A DNA stretch of 64,000 nucleotides from Botryllus schlosseri. Lineage: Eukaryota. Below, piece by piece: positions 24,863 to 39,830 of this stretch. The notes beneath the pieces were generated by a model. The model ran no database searches and was not told the DNA's origin. It saw only the letters and a program-made list of their open reading frames with translations. The translations under genes and the position numbers were made by a program. Location: the NCBI GenBank assembly GCA_051294905.1, contig CM119373.1:5024001-5088000 (forward strand), written 5' to 3'. How positions within the stretch are numbered: position 1 is the stretch's first letter; each line of letters begins with the position of its first letter.

Positions 24863-26834
24863 ATCATGAATCGGTGTATATGCCGCAAAAACATCAAGGA
24901 CAAAAATAAACAACGTCCTTTCCTTCCTACCAGTCAACAAAATGGGAAGAGATCGCCTGGCGTATCATGCGCATTCGATGTCAAAATTATGCTTCAAAAT
25001 ATACAATTTTCGCACTTCAGCCGCATACTCATTAACCATTTTGTGCCGTGCATTAACCCTCTCGCTGCTGCAGCTTACAACCGCCAGTGACCCTATCGCT
25101 ACCTGAACCATTGTTGCTTTCTGGCAGATATATTAACCTTATGTTGCAAGACATCACAATTTGACGATATATTTTCATTATCGTGTTAGTTATACTAAAA
25201 TCCACCACGAGCATACATTCAAAATACCGGTCAAATACAGATAGACAGTCATATAAAATGCGTAAAACGACATTTTGATTTCAGTCGAGATACAGAGAGA
25301 TCTTCTTTCCGGGACAAGTTTGTTACAACTATTCCTGCTATTGAATTGAAATACAGACAAGATCTGGTTTATAAAACATGTCTGTGCCTTGGCGGGAAGA
25401 ATAGGATCAAGGCAACGCGGACAGGGTTAGGACTTCGGGATCAAATATGAAATCCCGGGATCGGGATTTCCCGGGATTAGAAAAGTAGTAATACACATAC
25501 AAGCTACACAAACAACATTTATTCCTTGTAATATTGACCCAAAACATAAGAGCAGCAAGAGTATCATCGTCTTGACCACTGGTCTCAAACTCAAACTTGC
25601 TCGCGGGCCAATTTCGTAGTTTCTGATGACGCGGCGGGCGGCAGTATCAAATAGAGGTACAATATGTATTTCCAAGTATAGGCCTTTTTGACGGACCTTG
25701 CAGACTGGCATTCCATACACATTGTGAAAATGTGATTCACTATTGTAATATTCACGTTTTCCGCGAAAAAGTTATATTTTCAAATATTTTATTAAAAAAT
25801 ATTTTTTTGCTTGGCATAATTTGGCAAAATAATGAATCATAGCCAGTTAGGCATCATTGTTGGGATGACTCGAATCAGACTCGAGTCACTTTTTTCGTAT
25901 GACTTGACTTGAATCGAGTCACTTTGCTAAAATGACTTGACTTGTGGATTGAATCGTGACTCGAAGCCAAATTCACCAGTCAATTTCAAATCATCAAGTA
26001 ATCGGTGTCGATCAAAATCACTGTATCTTACATATGTTCTGATTGTTCGCCAAACGATGGTGTAACCCGTGACAGCGACCAATCATTTAATGATCGTGCG
26101 TTATACTGAGCCTCCATTGTTCTCTCACAAATAAATTGACCGCAAACGAAGTGATCGAAGCCTACAGCTCACGTTGTCATAAACTAGTATAGTGAAGTAA
26201 ATTCTGTTCTCTGTTTTTCCCTTAACCAAAGCTATCGTTTTATTGAAACTGAATTCGAATATACTTTATATAGTCCTCAACCATTGGCGCAGGCTGGAAT
26301 TGTATCATATCAATTTGTAATTGCGTAATGTATTGCATCTTATCAATTCGTATCTATTCACTATCTTGGCTGGTAACTATGAACCGAGGTTTAGCAGTTC
26401 CACTTATATGTGAGCAATAAAGCGCCTCCTTGCGTGCATATTTAATTCTATTTTCGTTCATTGGTTCAATATGAATGACTAGGGTTGGGCACAATGATCC
26501 GAGTACTCGAATCGGAATCGAGTAGTAATTCTAATGATTCGAGTCGAGTAGTAAAAGATGATTTTTCGAGTACTAAAATTATACGCTAAATTATATTGAA
26601 AGTTAATTTACTAACGAGAATTATAGTTTTGATACTATTTTCCACTGAGGAAGCCTTGAAACCTTGATTGGCCGTGTCGCAGCATACCAGATATAGTACA
26701 AAGCTACGAACAATACCGGAAATAATATATTTCTGAAGTCATGATCATCCCACAGCATTGTCAAGAAGTGCAATGAAAACGGTATGGTTGAAAAAACACC
26801 AAAGTATCTTTAATGTGATGGTTAACAGGCATTA

Positions 26835-29800
26835 CCCAGCAAACACATTACGGCAAGTGGATATCCGTCGGATAACTTGTCATTTGGCCCAGATTCACCC
26901 TAGTGCCATCCGGTTGCACCGAGCGTGTCGACTCCTGGTGTTATCCAGTGGGTGACCACTGACCATCCATCAAGTCATTTCTGAGTCACTTCCTGGCCAC
27001 TGTAGGGACAAAGTCCGGTTGGGACCGATATCCATAGACTATCCACTGATCAACCCTCTGAATACTAGCTAGCTCCTGGACCTGCATATTTCCTTACCAC
27101 AGGTTAGGCGACGCACAAATACACTTACACAAGATTGATTTTCAGGCAAAAAAGCTTATATTATCAAATTGTCAACAATAAAAACTAAGCAGCAACGAAT
27201 AAAATTAACAACGGCTGTAAATCACGTCAAAATCAATCACTCACTCAAGTTCAAGACATACAATAAAGCAACAGGTGGACTCAAAAATATCACAAGCAGT
27301 CGATCAATTAATCAATCCGAAGGCTAAAAATATGATGACTACGAAGTATGTACACTGGGAGGATTACAGAATACCACACATACACAACTTATCAGAAATA
27401 CAAGAGGTTGGCAAGTTTTGAAAATCATTATAGGCAATAATAAAAACTGCAGCAAAGTAAAGCACAGCATTGAGTCAAAGCAACAATTGTCAATCAATCA
27501 AGGTCAAGAAGCATGCACACTGGAAGGATTAGAGAATACGACACACGGACAAGTGTTGAAAAATTATGATAGGTCGAAGCAATTACCTAGAATTCTGCCT
27601 ATGAGAATAAAACAAGACACGCACTGCATTACACATGCACATTGCACGTACACAGATGTATCAGAAAAACAAGTTGGCAAGTTTTGAAAATCATTATGCC
27701 AACGAGACATTCAAAATTGCAGTGCAGTTAAAAAAGCACAGCATAGAGTCGAAGCAACAACTGTCAAATCAAGTTGCAAAATTACGTTCACTATATGAGA
27801 ATACCATAGGAAGAAAAATTCAAAGTGGCAGGTTGAAGTTCTGCAATGACAGTAAAAAGACATGCACCGTTGCACACTAGGGAAATATCCGACGTTGATA
27901 TTTAAGAATCAAGATGGCAAGTTTTGAAGGTGAAGAGGTAATACGAATAGAGATACAAAAAAAATAGGATGTTTTATTCTGGTCAATTGCTCGTTACGAC
28001 ATCCTCTATGCGCAGATCTGTCACACATTGAGCAAGGTGCAGTAGAACAAACAAAGCACTTCTACTCAGGTTTCGCCTACTTGTACTGCATGTTATTTTA
28101 CTACTTCTACTTACTTTTCAGACATAACCAGTTAGATAGCCCCTATAATGTAGTAAATAATGAATGCAATTTAGAAATCGCACTATAATTGGAGTGCCAT
28201 TATATATTTTTCGCGTACATCGTGCAATTTTGAAAGCGGCCTCTACCAACTGCAGTAACCTGCAAGTGTGCGACTCGTTCTACTTTTGGAAAGTACTCAA
28301 GTAGTCACAATTTCAGATCCACCTTTACTTGAGCAGCAAGGATGAGCTCACTTTCACCCCTTTTTGATTGTATATACCGTGTCTAGAGCGGATGAAAATA
28401 ATAATCAGCAGATTCAACTGTAACTTGTAAAAAATTCCACAGCAAGCAATGCACACTTGCAACCAACAATCTCTCTAGCTGGAAATATCTCCAATCTTCA
28501 TACAGGTTCAACTTGCAACGAGGTGAAAAGTTGGTATGAGGGAAATGACTTTATACTGCATCCTCTTCCTTGTCTGCGTAAGACTGAGACAGGATATGGA
28601 CTTGTTCTGCATTCTTGTCCTAAAATAATTATCAAGAAAATCATTACAAGCGAACATGAAACGATCCTTCAAAATGCTACCAATTCCGAACGCCTTGCAA
28701 AATTCATTCAAACACTGACAAATTACAGCATACTATGCATAAACTCACAAATCATGAATATTAAAATTTATGATCATTATGGAACAGTGGACACTAGGGG
28801 TGTTAAAAAAAAACTTTTTTCAAATTTGATTGGCTTAGCTGGCAAATCATTAGGTTACCTAAAATACCTTGCACAAAAAATTTGACTCATTTCAATTCGC
28901 AGATGCTGAGGTCATCCAATTAGAAATTTCCATCATTTTTCAAATAATAGTATTTACGGTGGAAAATTTCACCACTCCGACATGATCAAAAATGCCTAAG
29001 ATGTAGGGATGCTTTTTCCCACTCATTTCCATCTTTACAGGGGCCTATGGTAGAGTTTGGATGAAGACATCGCCAGTTGACGAATGAAAGATATGACACG
29101 GATTAGCTGGAAATTAGTAGACTTCATTGAAATAGCTAATAGACACGTTCAAATAATGGTGATATACTTTGCAAATAAACTACTTTTCACACTAATATTA
29201 ACGACCACGAAAATGAAAAAAAAACTGACACATAGGTAAATATATGAGTATGGTCATGGTCATAGGCGCCGAGTTACGGGGTGGCACCCCATTCAATATG
29301 CTGAAACGCCCGCCGTCTGCGATTTCAAATTTTCGTATATCTCTATTGTCTAGTCATTTCGATACGACATCAGCGCTGTCAATGAGCAAGTCCGTGATAT
29401 CGCGTAAATGCCAACTATTTACCATTAACCGATACATACGCAAATAATTGAATACGCAGCTTCCTAGGCGGCGACAAACTAATGCTTGATACGCCCCATA
29501 AAATTGTAACCCGGGATTTCGACATGCATTTGTCGTGTTGTCAGACTAGGTTCCGACCCATTGTGCTGTATTCAAGTTGGTGAATTACTGATTAGATGCG
29601 CCAGGCGAGGCCTACAATATTCGTATCGTAGGCCTCGGATGCGTGCTTTTTCGTTTGCTATCATCTGTAGGCTACCAATTCTTGTCTGGTTTATACACTC
29701 GCATTTCCTCGATGTCACTTGTCGGTGTTTGATTCGTTAATAATACTGCGCATTGTGCAGTGCACGGCGTTGAATTACGTTGTCAAATAGTGATGCAACA

Positions 29801-32800
29801 CGAGGTTTTCTGTGGCGTAAATTCTGAATTTATTCGATTAGTTCGAACGGGAACCTTCCATTTTCCAATACAATAAACTTCATTGCTGGACGGACTCGAG
29901 CTCAACCATATCGCGGATCGAATTTCAAACCATTTAGCGTGTCGGCATGCACGCTATAATCGCTGGCATGAAATATCACGTGCGCCAGGCTATGCCTGAT
30001 ATCGTCACCAGCCTGAACTATCGAGTCTACAGCAGGACTGGCGCATGTGATAACATCGCTGGCCTAAACTATAGCGTCTGCTACAGGCATCATATGATTT
30101 ACCTGCTATCTCTACTTATTTGATTGTTATGTTATACTGGCTTAAGCCTGACAGCGTCAAATTGAATAAACCTGAATCTGCGCAATTGGTCACGAACAGA
30201 CGCGAACGAACGTAATTGATTAGCGCTAATACTGAAACATCAGAAGATGCATGTACTTAACCGTAATAAATGATGCTAACTTGGTAAATTTGAAGAAATT
30301 TCAAACCCCTCCCTTGTTTCATCTGGTCACCCTATGTAGAAATAAAAGTCGGCGCCTATGAGTATGGTTACGCAATATAACCATTATCCCCTCTGCGCAA
30401 TATATTTAGACAATCAATATTGCATCTACCTCGTATTGCTGATTTCTGTTTTTGGATGGTGCATGGCGCAACGCAGATCTGACTTCAATCTCGTAGTCCT
30501 TTTCCGGAACAGTCGTAGGAATATTGCAACAAGCACCTAAACAGGAAGATTATAGTTAACAATTCATAGAGACGACAACTAGTTCAACCTACGATATATA
30601 ATATCTTGTATAAACTCAGTGCACACAGAGCTTTCTTCCCAGTTCTGCCCAACTTTATCAGTTGCCACTCTATTGGGAAACTCAGCGCTAATCAATTAAA
30701 TATACCAGATACTCACCATTTCCAGTAGGAAATTCCCAGCAGAATGAACCTAGACGACTCTCTGTAGGAAGGGCTACTTGCTGAGACAACGTCTCTGAAC
30801 AGATAAATAACAGTCAGTGGCACCTCAAACACGCAAAAACGGGCATGGGTTGATTAAACGCAGTCAAATAATGGTACAGAGCAAACAGAGCGCAAAATTT
30901 AATAAAACAGGTCTCAATATAAAGCTACTTTCGCACTGATTCAGAAAATATAAATTAAAATCTGGTCTGGGCACTAAAACCCCCCGAAAATTGCCTTTAA
31001 AATCCGAAATCGGCATTGTTTCTAACAAAGGTAGCGGCAGTAGACAATGACAAATCAAATGTCTAGAACTGATTGTGACATCATTGAGCGCCTTGGCAAA
31101 GTCGTGCTGAATATATATTACAATGAAATTCATGAACCGCTGTGCCCAATGGAACAAACTGTTTTGTAGATGGGCCTGTTGCGTACCAAGAAATACGCGT
31201 TGATAGTAAATTCTACGATATGGTATATGTTCAGGCTTTTGTGCTATAATTTATATTTATCCAAATTTTTGAATGCGCGACGACGCATAAAATACACAAA
31301 CTATTCACATTACGACTTATTCGCGCTACAGCGATTGATACGACGCGCTATACTCTGAGAATCACGGGGAACACGGCAAGCGACTTCGCCAGGGCGCCCA
31401 ATGATGTCACAATCAGTACGAGACATTGAACGGTCATTGTCTACCGACGTTACCATTGATAGAAACAATACCGACTTTGACCCTTCGAGGGCGGTTTCCG
31501 GGGCGTTCCAGTGCCCGGACCGGATTTCAATTTCATTTTTCGGAGTCAGTGCGAAAGTAGCTTTCGATTGAGACCCGTGTAATTAAATTGTTCGTTCTGG
31601 TCGCCTGCTCTAACATTAATGTTGAGTTATCAAATTGGAAGTTTCTACAGTCATCATTGCATGAGCTGAGCATAAAAAATTTCAAATAATTCATAACTTA
31701 CATACGGTACCCAGCTCAGCTTTCTAGACTATATATAAGAGTTAAATAATTTTTTACAAATCAAACGGTCATAACTGCAGATTTCTTGCTGTTTTGATAC
31801 CACATGGAGGAATTAAGCTCTAACCTGCATTTGGTAAATTGGTGATGCACTGTCCGTAAAATCACGACATTACTGGCAGATTTCTTCCTTCATTTTTCTT
31901 CAAGATGCTGAGATTTCTTTTCGAACTGTTTCGCCTGAGCTTCAGCAAGATCAGTATCACTGGTATCAGTGGAACATGTGCGTTTTCTTTGAATCTTCTC
32001 GTGACCACCCGAATCAGACCTTGAATCGGAATCATATTTGGTAGATCTTCGTATCCGTCGTCTTTTCCCCGCATCCGATGCCGAGCTATCCAAGTTAGTA
32101 TTGCAATATAGTACTCAAACCATATATATATAGGGCTGGGTAGAATTGAATATCGGTACTTCAATAATACAATTTGGAAGCCAAGCATTAATATCATGAT
32201 TGAAATACCATCAACCACGACTCTTGAGTAGGGATGTCTATCACTCAATTTGGGTTACGGGTCTAATTCAAAAATTCTGATAGCTTGCGGTCAGTCAAAT
32301 GTTTCTGTACCTTTCAATCCATTTCCAGTCATAAATCACAAAACAGTAACTCTTACCTTATGTTGATCAAGAAATCAGGTTTGGTCACAATAAAAGGACG
32401 TACTATAACAGTATCAACTCTAAACCTACCTACCTACCTATACCGAACATCCGTCATAATAGCTCTTTAATACTATATAGGGATTCAATAACCAAGCGCA
32501 TTTTCGTCGTGCACATACGCCACTTCTGACTATAACCGTATCATTATCATTGACTGACTACACTGCTACAACCGGTGGTTATGGTTAGGTAATCACCGAG
32601 CTAAGTGGCACACAGCAAATGTCGAAAATGCTTCTCGCCGCTGACAACAATTCACTTCAAAGAATCACGGTTCAAACTTCCCAGACGAAAATTTGAATCA
32701 CGTGAACTGGGCTCGCTGCGCAATGCGCCACTGCGCATATGGATGAAAAAGGCTAATGATCTCATTCACTTCAGGCATGGCGCGACGCACGAGGAAAGCT

Positions 32801-33823
32801 CGTCAATCGTTGAGTGGTATTCAGTGGGGTAACATCACTTAGCTATATAACATCGGTAAAACATTATGAGGTACAAAAATTGTAATTGTCAAATTGTAAA
32901 GTTTATTACATGCTCGAAATAAAAGTACGAAAGAGAATGTACCATTATCGAAGTCGATAATAGAGTATACCATTAACTATTCAATATACCAGCATATAAT
33001 CCCTGTAAATTATATGGCGATCAAGTCAGATTCACTGTGCGCAGTCGCCATTTCTGCCGACCCATTGAACGCATTCAAGTGAAAAACGCTAAACATCTCA
33101 CGGCATGACGCACGCGAAAAGTTCGTAACATCTTTCGGAATTGCGAATGTTCACCGCAGAAACAAACAGTAACACGACAGCTAAAAGGGCACAGAAATGG
33201 CAATGTTTAAAAGCTTGAAATGTAGGCCCGACAGTGAATATTGACCGTTCAATGCCAGCATGCATAATCCGGTTACGTGACGTCGCTATGAAGAATCACG
33301 TCCAGTGACGATTTTCCTTCAAATTCTATTGAAATATTTTGAAATACTGAATGTGTGCAATTTGTGCATATCAGCGTCGGGAGTTAATGAGAGGTTCACT
33401 TTATAGCTGAAACAAAATGGAGTTATCCTCACACTGTCCGAATATGATATCCATTGGAATTCTGATTCGCGCTTTCAGTGGACTATCCCGAATATCGGTG
33501 TGTAAACGTGCGATTTTCTTTCGAACTGTACTCTTGAAACATTTTGAAAGGATGAAATATGTGCCCTTATCAGCAAGAACTTGACTGGTTGACTTTTTAG
33601 CTGATACAACATGGAAATATCCGCACACTGTCAGATTATGATATCCATTGGAAATTGAATTGGGACTTTTAGTGGACTATCCGAAATGATTTTCTGTATG
33701 CATGTCCTAGGATATCCGAACCGGACATTTTCCAACGTGGATAGCCAAGTATTAGCCCACGTCTGTCCAACCGGACACTGGGACACTGCTTGGATAGCCC
33801 CAGGCAATTATGTGTTTGCTGGG
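26835..33823. mobile_element. region bounded by CCCAG-type (CMC/EnSpm-like) TIRs
   Basis: CCCAGCAAACACAT ... ATGTGTTTGCTGGG; GGATA/TATCC subterminal repeats at both ends; minus-strand exon-like pieces at ~30717-30794 and ~31830-32087; flanks do not give a clean TSD. Confidence 0.5.
29261..30360. mobile_element. hAT-type MITE
   Basis: TIRs CATAGGCGCCGA/TCGGCGCCTATG; AGTATGGT present on both flanks (left copy offset by 6 bp). Confidence 0.7.
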
Positions 33824-35108
33824 TTGGAGATTGGTATCGGTACTGGTGATACAACAATTTATGTGAATTCAATGTATCGTCACTACCGGTACGTTTAAAA
33901 TTCCAACTTGCTACATATAATTCTGTTCAGTACAGCTGCGACACTGAGTAACAGGAATCGGATCTGTACTGGAAACGCAACGGAACAAATGTTCTTTACT
34001 ACAATAGTACCGATACGAAATGTAACTCACCATCCAGATATTTTCAATCTCGAAAGAGGCTTTCTTCACAGATTCACGACAACTAATACACTGTAAAAAC
34101 TGGGCCTACCCCTAGAGGTGGTTCAAAATGACACCCCATGATCAGAAGGGTAGGGTGGACTGGTCTATCCACGCCACTACGCCACCCCTATCCGGATATA
34201 ACCCTTACCTATCCGGATATATCAACCTTGGGATATACTTTACAAAAGTCAAACCAAGGCATAACAACCTATATCCTGCTCGAATATCTTCATCAAACGC
34301 TCAATCTCCGGTTACCAATACCAACCCATATCTTTGTCAAACGCCTATTCCTGCTGCACTCTTATATACCATATCGGTTTTTGCGATGTTTATTGAAGTG
34401 TTCATTATGCCTCGCATGTTGACATAAATTACTAAACATCGTCATTATTTCAGGCAACTCTTTTGCAAATTAGTCACTAATCTCGCGAAGTTTGGTGCGA
34501 ACAGCACCACTGGCCTTTAAATTAGGCACGCGAGCGAGAAAAATTGACATGAAAGTGAGAGATATTTTAATCTTGGGTGAAAATTTCATGTTGAAGACCC
34601 AATGAATTGATATCATCACCGCCAATGCCTGATGAAAGCTGCGTATTTGTGTCACGCGTTGCCCTTCAAAGCCGACTGTCCACTCTTCATTCGTCGTATC
34701 AAAACAAATGACAGGGTATTCATTTCCGTGTTTGGGTGTCTGTTATTATATCAAAAAAGAATTAGGACAAATCTACACAGCACACCACACAGGCACTACA
34801 CAGCACACCACACAGGCACAGACTTTTAGTAATCAGCAGTGTTGGGATCAAGCCACTACCTTCGAGTGACGAGTCATTTCGACTAGAGTCAAGTCAGAAT
34901 TCAAGTCAAGTTGCCTTTTCGAAGTAAGATGTATGATTACTAGGGCTGGGCACAATGATTCGAGTACTCGAATCTGAATCGAGTATTAATTTTAATGATT
35001 CGAGTGTATGATTATTGATTACGTCTCAAGTGACTTGAGTCAAGTCAAGTCACGAGTCATGTCAGAATTCAAGTCAAGTTGCCTTTTCGAAGTAAGATGT
35101 ATGATTAC

Positions 35109-35628
35109 TAGGGCTGGGCACAATGATTCGAGTACTCGAATCTGAATCGAGTATTAATTTTAATGATTCGAGTCGAGCAGTAAAAGACGATTTTTTCGAG
35201 TACTGAAATTTTACGCACCTCGCAACTGGAAGTTAATTTATCAACGAGAATTATACTTTCGATACTAATTTTCACTATTGAACCTTGAAACCTTGGTTGA
35301 CGGTATCGCACCATACGACAAATATAGTACAAAGCTACGTAGGTAACTGGACGCAGCACATTTTTGAAAGCATGATTATCCCACAACATTGTCACCAAGT
35401 GGAATGAAATCGATCTCGTTCGAAAAATACCAAAGTATCATTTATGAGATGCATAACAGGCATTTTATTTTTTGCGGTGGCATAAAACGGTAGATATTTG
35501 ATGAACTTTGACGTGTTACATTATGTTATGACGTCATAATGGATGATACTCGATTTCTCGACTCGACTTGAAGCGTATTTCGTGATTCAGAATCGAATCA
35601 CTCAGGTACTCGATTTTGCCCAGCCCTA
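35109..35628. mobile_element. hAT MITE (TAGGGCTGGGC family)
   Basis: TIRs TAGGGCTGGGCA/TGCCCAGCCCTA; perfect TSD ATGATTAC; partial copies at ~15000-15100, 16667, 26479, 34941. Confidence 0.9.
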
Positions 35629-38600
35629 ATGATTACGTCTCAAGTGACTCGAGTCAAGTCAGAATTCAAGTCAAGTTGGCTTGACATTTGGCTTGTATTC
35701 AATATTATACAATATTTTTGTTCAAAATCCGCGACACATAGTTTGGAAATCGCTGAAATAAACGAAGCAGATTATACAGCCAGGTGACAGTTACAATCTT
35801 TTTTATCACCAACATTGAACAAATTATGTTAGTTGTGGCAATAAAATACCAATGGTGCGTAATTTACATAGGAGTTAGTTGATAATGCATTCAAATGCTA
35901 ATAACATTAATGAACTTCGCACCTGATCAATCAATAGGAAGTGCTCATACTTTTCGTGAAAAACGGCGGGTACTGCGACCATCCAATCTAGATTCTGAGA
36001 TTCTGTAAAAAAAATACAATAATTAAGTCGGGAGTCGGGTACTACGGGGAGCATCTGATTTTGATGACCAATCAATACGGAGCAAACCATACGGATTTTG
36101 GAAAATAATAAAACTTGGTACAGCTGTTGAAGAGGTCACAGTTCCTGAAAACCAACAGCTATATATTGTAAGTGAGTAATAGCATGACGTACTGGATAAC
36201 TTTTGAATGACTTCTGGGACATTCTTCGAGCTGATGGTATATTGAGCGGAGCTGTACGCTTTGTCCAAAATTCTTTTTGTTAGATCGACTTCACAGAGAT
36301 CATCCTGACATCCAGAAGTGTGGAAAATTAGTTTGAATTCTGCGAGGACCTGGAAAAAGTTATGTCATTAGATGTGTCATCAGATCTGAGATTATGATGC
36401 TATATGTCGCATACCCAGGTAGCGTGTTGCAAGATAGGATATTTTTCGAGCACCTCCTTTGTCTCCATACCACCCTCGATATCGTTTCGTCGCAATTGAA
36501 ACGTCAACTTCATCCTCTTCACCATTACTGTAACATCAGGATGCTTTTTACGAAATTGTTCTTTCATGGCTTTTTGATGGGAAATCACGGCATACTCGTC
36601 TTCAGTGTTTGCGTAAGAACTCAAATCCTTCTGCAAAGTAGTCAAATTTTGAAATATCCAGCGAATATGAATTTTGATAATATTCACACTTACACTGATA
36701 TTAATGCGCGGAGCTTTACATCTAGGAATAGTCTCTTCGTCATCATTTCTACTGACGGCCTCCCTCTTTCTACCAAATTTGCGCTTTTTAGCCAAAATCT
36801 CGGCATCATGCTCAAGTCTGCGACGATAATCTTTGAATTTTGTTATTATCCGACTTTTCCAATAACCCTGAAACACATCGTATTGAGAAAAAATTATAAA
36901 TCTCGTTCATAGAAAAACAACTTACATATTCAGATCCGTTTCCAAATATTAGTCTATCCTTTAAAACCGGGTACATGTTGACCAAAGTTTTGCAGGCGTT
37001 TTTATATTGTTCGGGTTCCGGGTACCTGTTTCAATATCAAATAATATATATTAATAGTGGTAGTAAACAATTTATTTCCATAAAATCTTTTTTGGTAATA
37101 CCTTGTATATTTGACCATGTCCCAAAAAAGCGCAGACACAATATCGCGTCTGAGTTTTTCAGGAATAGAAGTCACATTCTTCCCTTGATAGGGTTCCAGC
37201 TCCTGCTCGAGGTTTTTGGGCAAAGCACATATATATTCTTCGGTCGGCCATCCAAGTCCCGCATCAGGTATTTTGCGAAAAGGTTTTATGAGCGGGGTGC
37301 TGCATCTGGTAGCACCATTTGATGACTTCATTTCATCTTAAAAAGGAATCCAACAAATAATAATCAAAATCAGTGGTTTTCAAACACCGACCCTGGCAAG
37401 TTTCCCATGCCGGTCAGTCAAATATATACAGACCAGAACGATGATGTCCATCATCACGGGTAGAAACGACGATGCTGATATCTGTTGACGAATCAAATGC
37501 TTCATTCTGGTTATCGCTGATTTCCCATAGCAAATCGCCAACCCCCAAGTCATCTGAATCACCCTTTTTCTCGCCTGAACAATCTGTAATGAGATAACAG
37601 TACATTGAGCCTTATACGATATATGGAGGTTAATTAAATGGCATTGCAGGCAGATATGGTGCAGTTGTGATTAGTAATCGTGTAACCCAGGGGTGTCAAA
37701 CATACAGCCCGCGACGCAATTCTGAGTAGATTAAAAATCCATGTCTAATCCAGCAAATTTCCAACAAATGATGAGATACGATAGTAAGAAATACTTCCCG
37801 CATGGCACCAAATGTCAAGATCATCTGACAGCAGTGTTATGGTTTCACTCTAGTTACCAAACCAAATATATACAGACCAGAACGATAATCTCCACCGTCA
37901 CTGGCAGGAACTCCGCTGCTGATATTTGTTGCAAATGTCTCATTCTGGTTATCGCTGTTGCAAATGTCTCATTCTGGTTATCGCTGATTTCCCCTGGCAA
38001 ATCCCCAACTCCCGAGTCACCTTTTTTCTCGCCTGAACAATCTGTAATGAGATAACAGAACGTAAAGTACATGCGTAAATGCCGATTATACAATCTCCTC
38101 GTGTTAGCGAACTTGCACGTATGATGAGCTTGTCAACGAGTCCATAAGTGCTGTCAACTAACGAGCACCTGATCGCTCGCGAACAATTAAATACACCACT
38201 TATCAACGCGTATTACGTAACCTCGGCCATGATTTGCGCGATGCAAAATGCCGTTGTTACGAAATCTGTTTTATAATGGCACCGATTTCAGGTTTTTCAA
38301 ACCTTTCTCGTCTTTTACAACTCAAGCCTTGACACACATACCTTAGTTCAGCACCTATGGCAGAGGTCTCACTCAAATGTGCTCGCGGGCCAATTTCCTA
38401 GTTTTTGATGACGCCGCGGGCCGCAGCATCAATAATAGGGATATTCAATGTATAATTCCCAAGTAGGCATTGTTTGACAGGACCTTGCAAACAGACATTC
38501 CACAAACATCGTGGAAATGTAATTTACTATTGTACTATTCATGCTTGACACGAACAAATCTCATTTTCAAATATTTGAATAAAATTGTTTTCGTGCCGGG

Positions 38601-39539
38601 CATATAATTTGGTAAAATAATGAGTTGCAGACATCATGCGAGACGATGCATCATGACATCGTAATACTGCCGGGTTATAATATTGCAGCTATTGGACCTT
38701 TGACGTGCCACGATTTTATGTATAATCATCTGACAGCAGTGTTATGGTTTCACTCTAGTTACCAAATCAAATATAAACAGACCAGAACGATGATGTCCAT
38801 CGTCACGGGCAGAAACAACACTGCTGATATCTGTTGCCAAAGCAAATGTCTCATTCTGGTTATCACTGATTTCCCATGTCAAATCACCAACTCCCGAGTC
38901 TCCTTTTTTCTCGCCCAAACAATCTGTAATGAAATAATAGCACATTGAGCGTTATAAATATTGGGGACCGAAGAATGGGTATACAAACGGGGATCATTGG
39001 CGACTTGACTAATAAAAAAAGCTCGACCTCGAAACCCCAGACCCCCCTCAGCCAGTGGGCCTTTTGTCGCTACATATCAGCTATAGGAGAGATGTGGTAC
39101 TGATGGATCACAGGGACCAAATGTATATATCTGCGATAGGTAGAGCTTGCACCAAAGTGTTGAGCCAGCAAAAGATCTGCTGTTATCGGCTGAAGACTTA
39201 CGGGCCAGAGATCATTTTCCAATTTTTGACCAATCAATTTCCAATTTTCTCTACTAGTTGCTGACGATTACCCCTGACGAGTGTCAGCCGAAAATATTCG
39301 GGTTCATTTCAATATGAATATACTATTTAATTGTATATTGAAGTTCTATACCTCCAAGAAGCTCTTCAAATTTTCTTTCAGGTGACCGCTTCGTCGCGCC
39401 CCCATTCAGATGATTCACGCCCGCAAGGTTGAGAACCCCTGCTATAGACAACCTAACAGTTTCATTACAATATAATAGAAATGCGTTGTTGGTTTACCTC
39501 CAGTCGATTCCGGTTTTGCTAGAATCTCAATGTACAGTT

Positions 39540-39749
39540 TGTTGTGTAGTGACTCTACGTACGTTCATTGCATGACAGATCTAGTTAGTGTGTCACCTGG
39601 GCAGTGCACATGTGACTGTCTGGGAGTCGAGCTGATGCGATACTGATGTATGCACGACTGCACGTATTCTGTAAATAGCAATATCTTGGATGTAAAAGAC
39701 GCGTGTATTCACTTGTCTGTATCCTTAGCAAGTTAGTAAGGATAGAACA
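39540..39749 (+). repeat. 5' LTR (210 bp)
   Basis: Identical by eye to 44049-44258. Confidence 0.97.
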
Positions 39750-39830
39750 ATTGGCGACGAGGATTAAACTTGCCAAGTCAGTTGGATTACGATTTTGGCG
39801 GAAGAAGAATTGCTGAAGAACAGAGGAACA

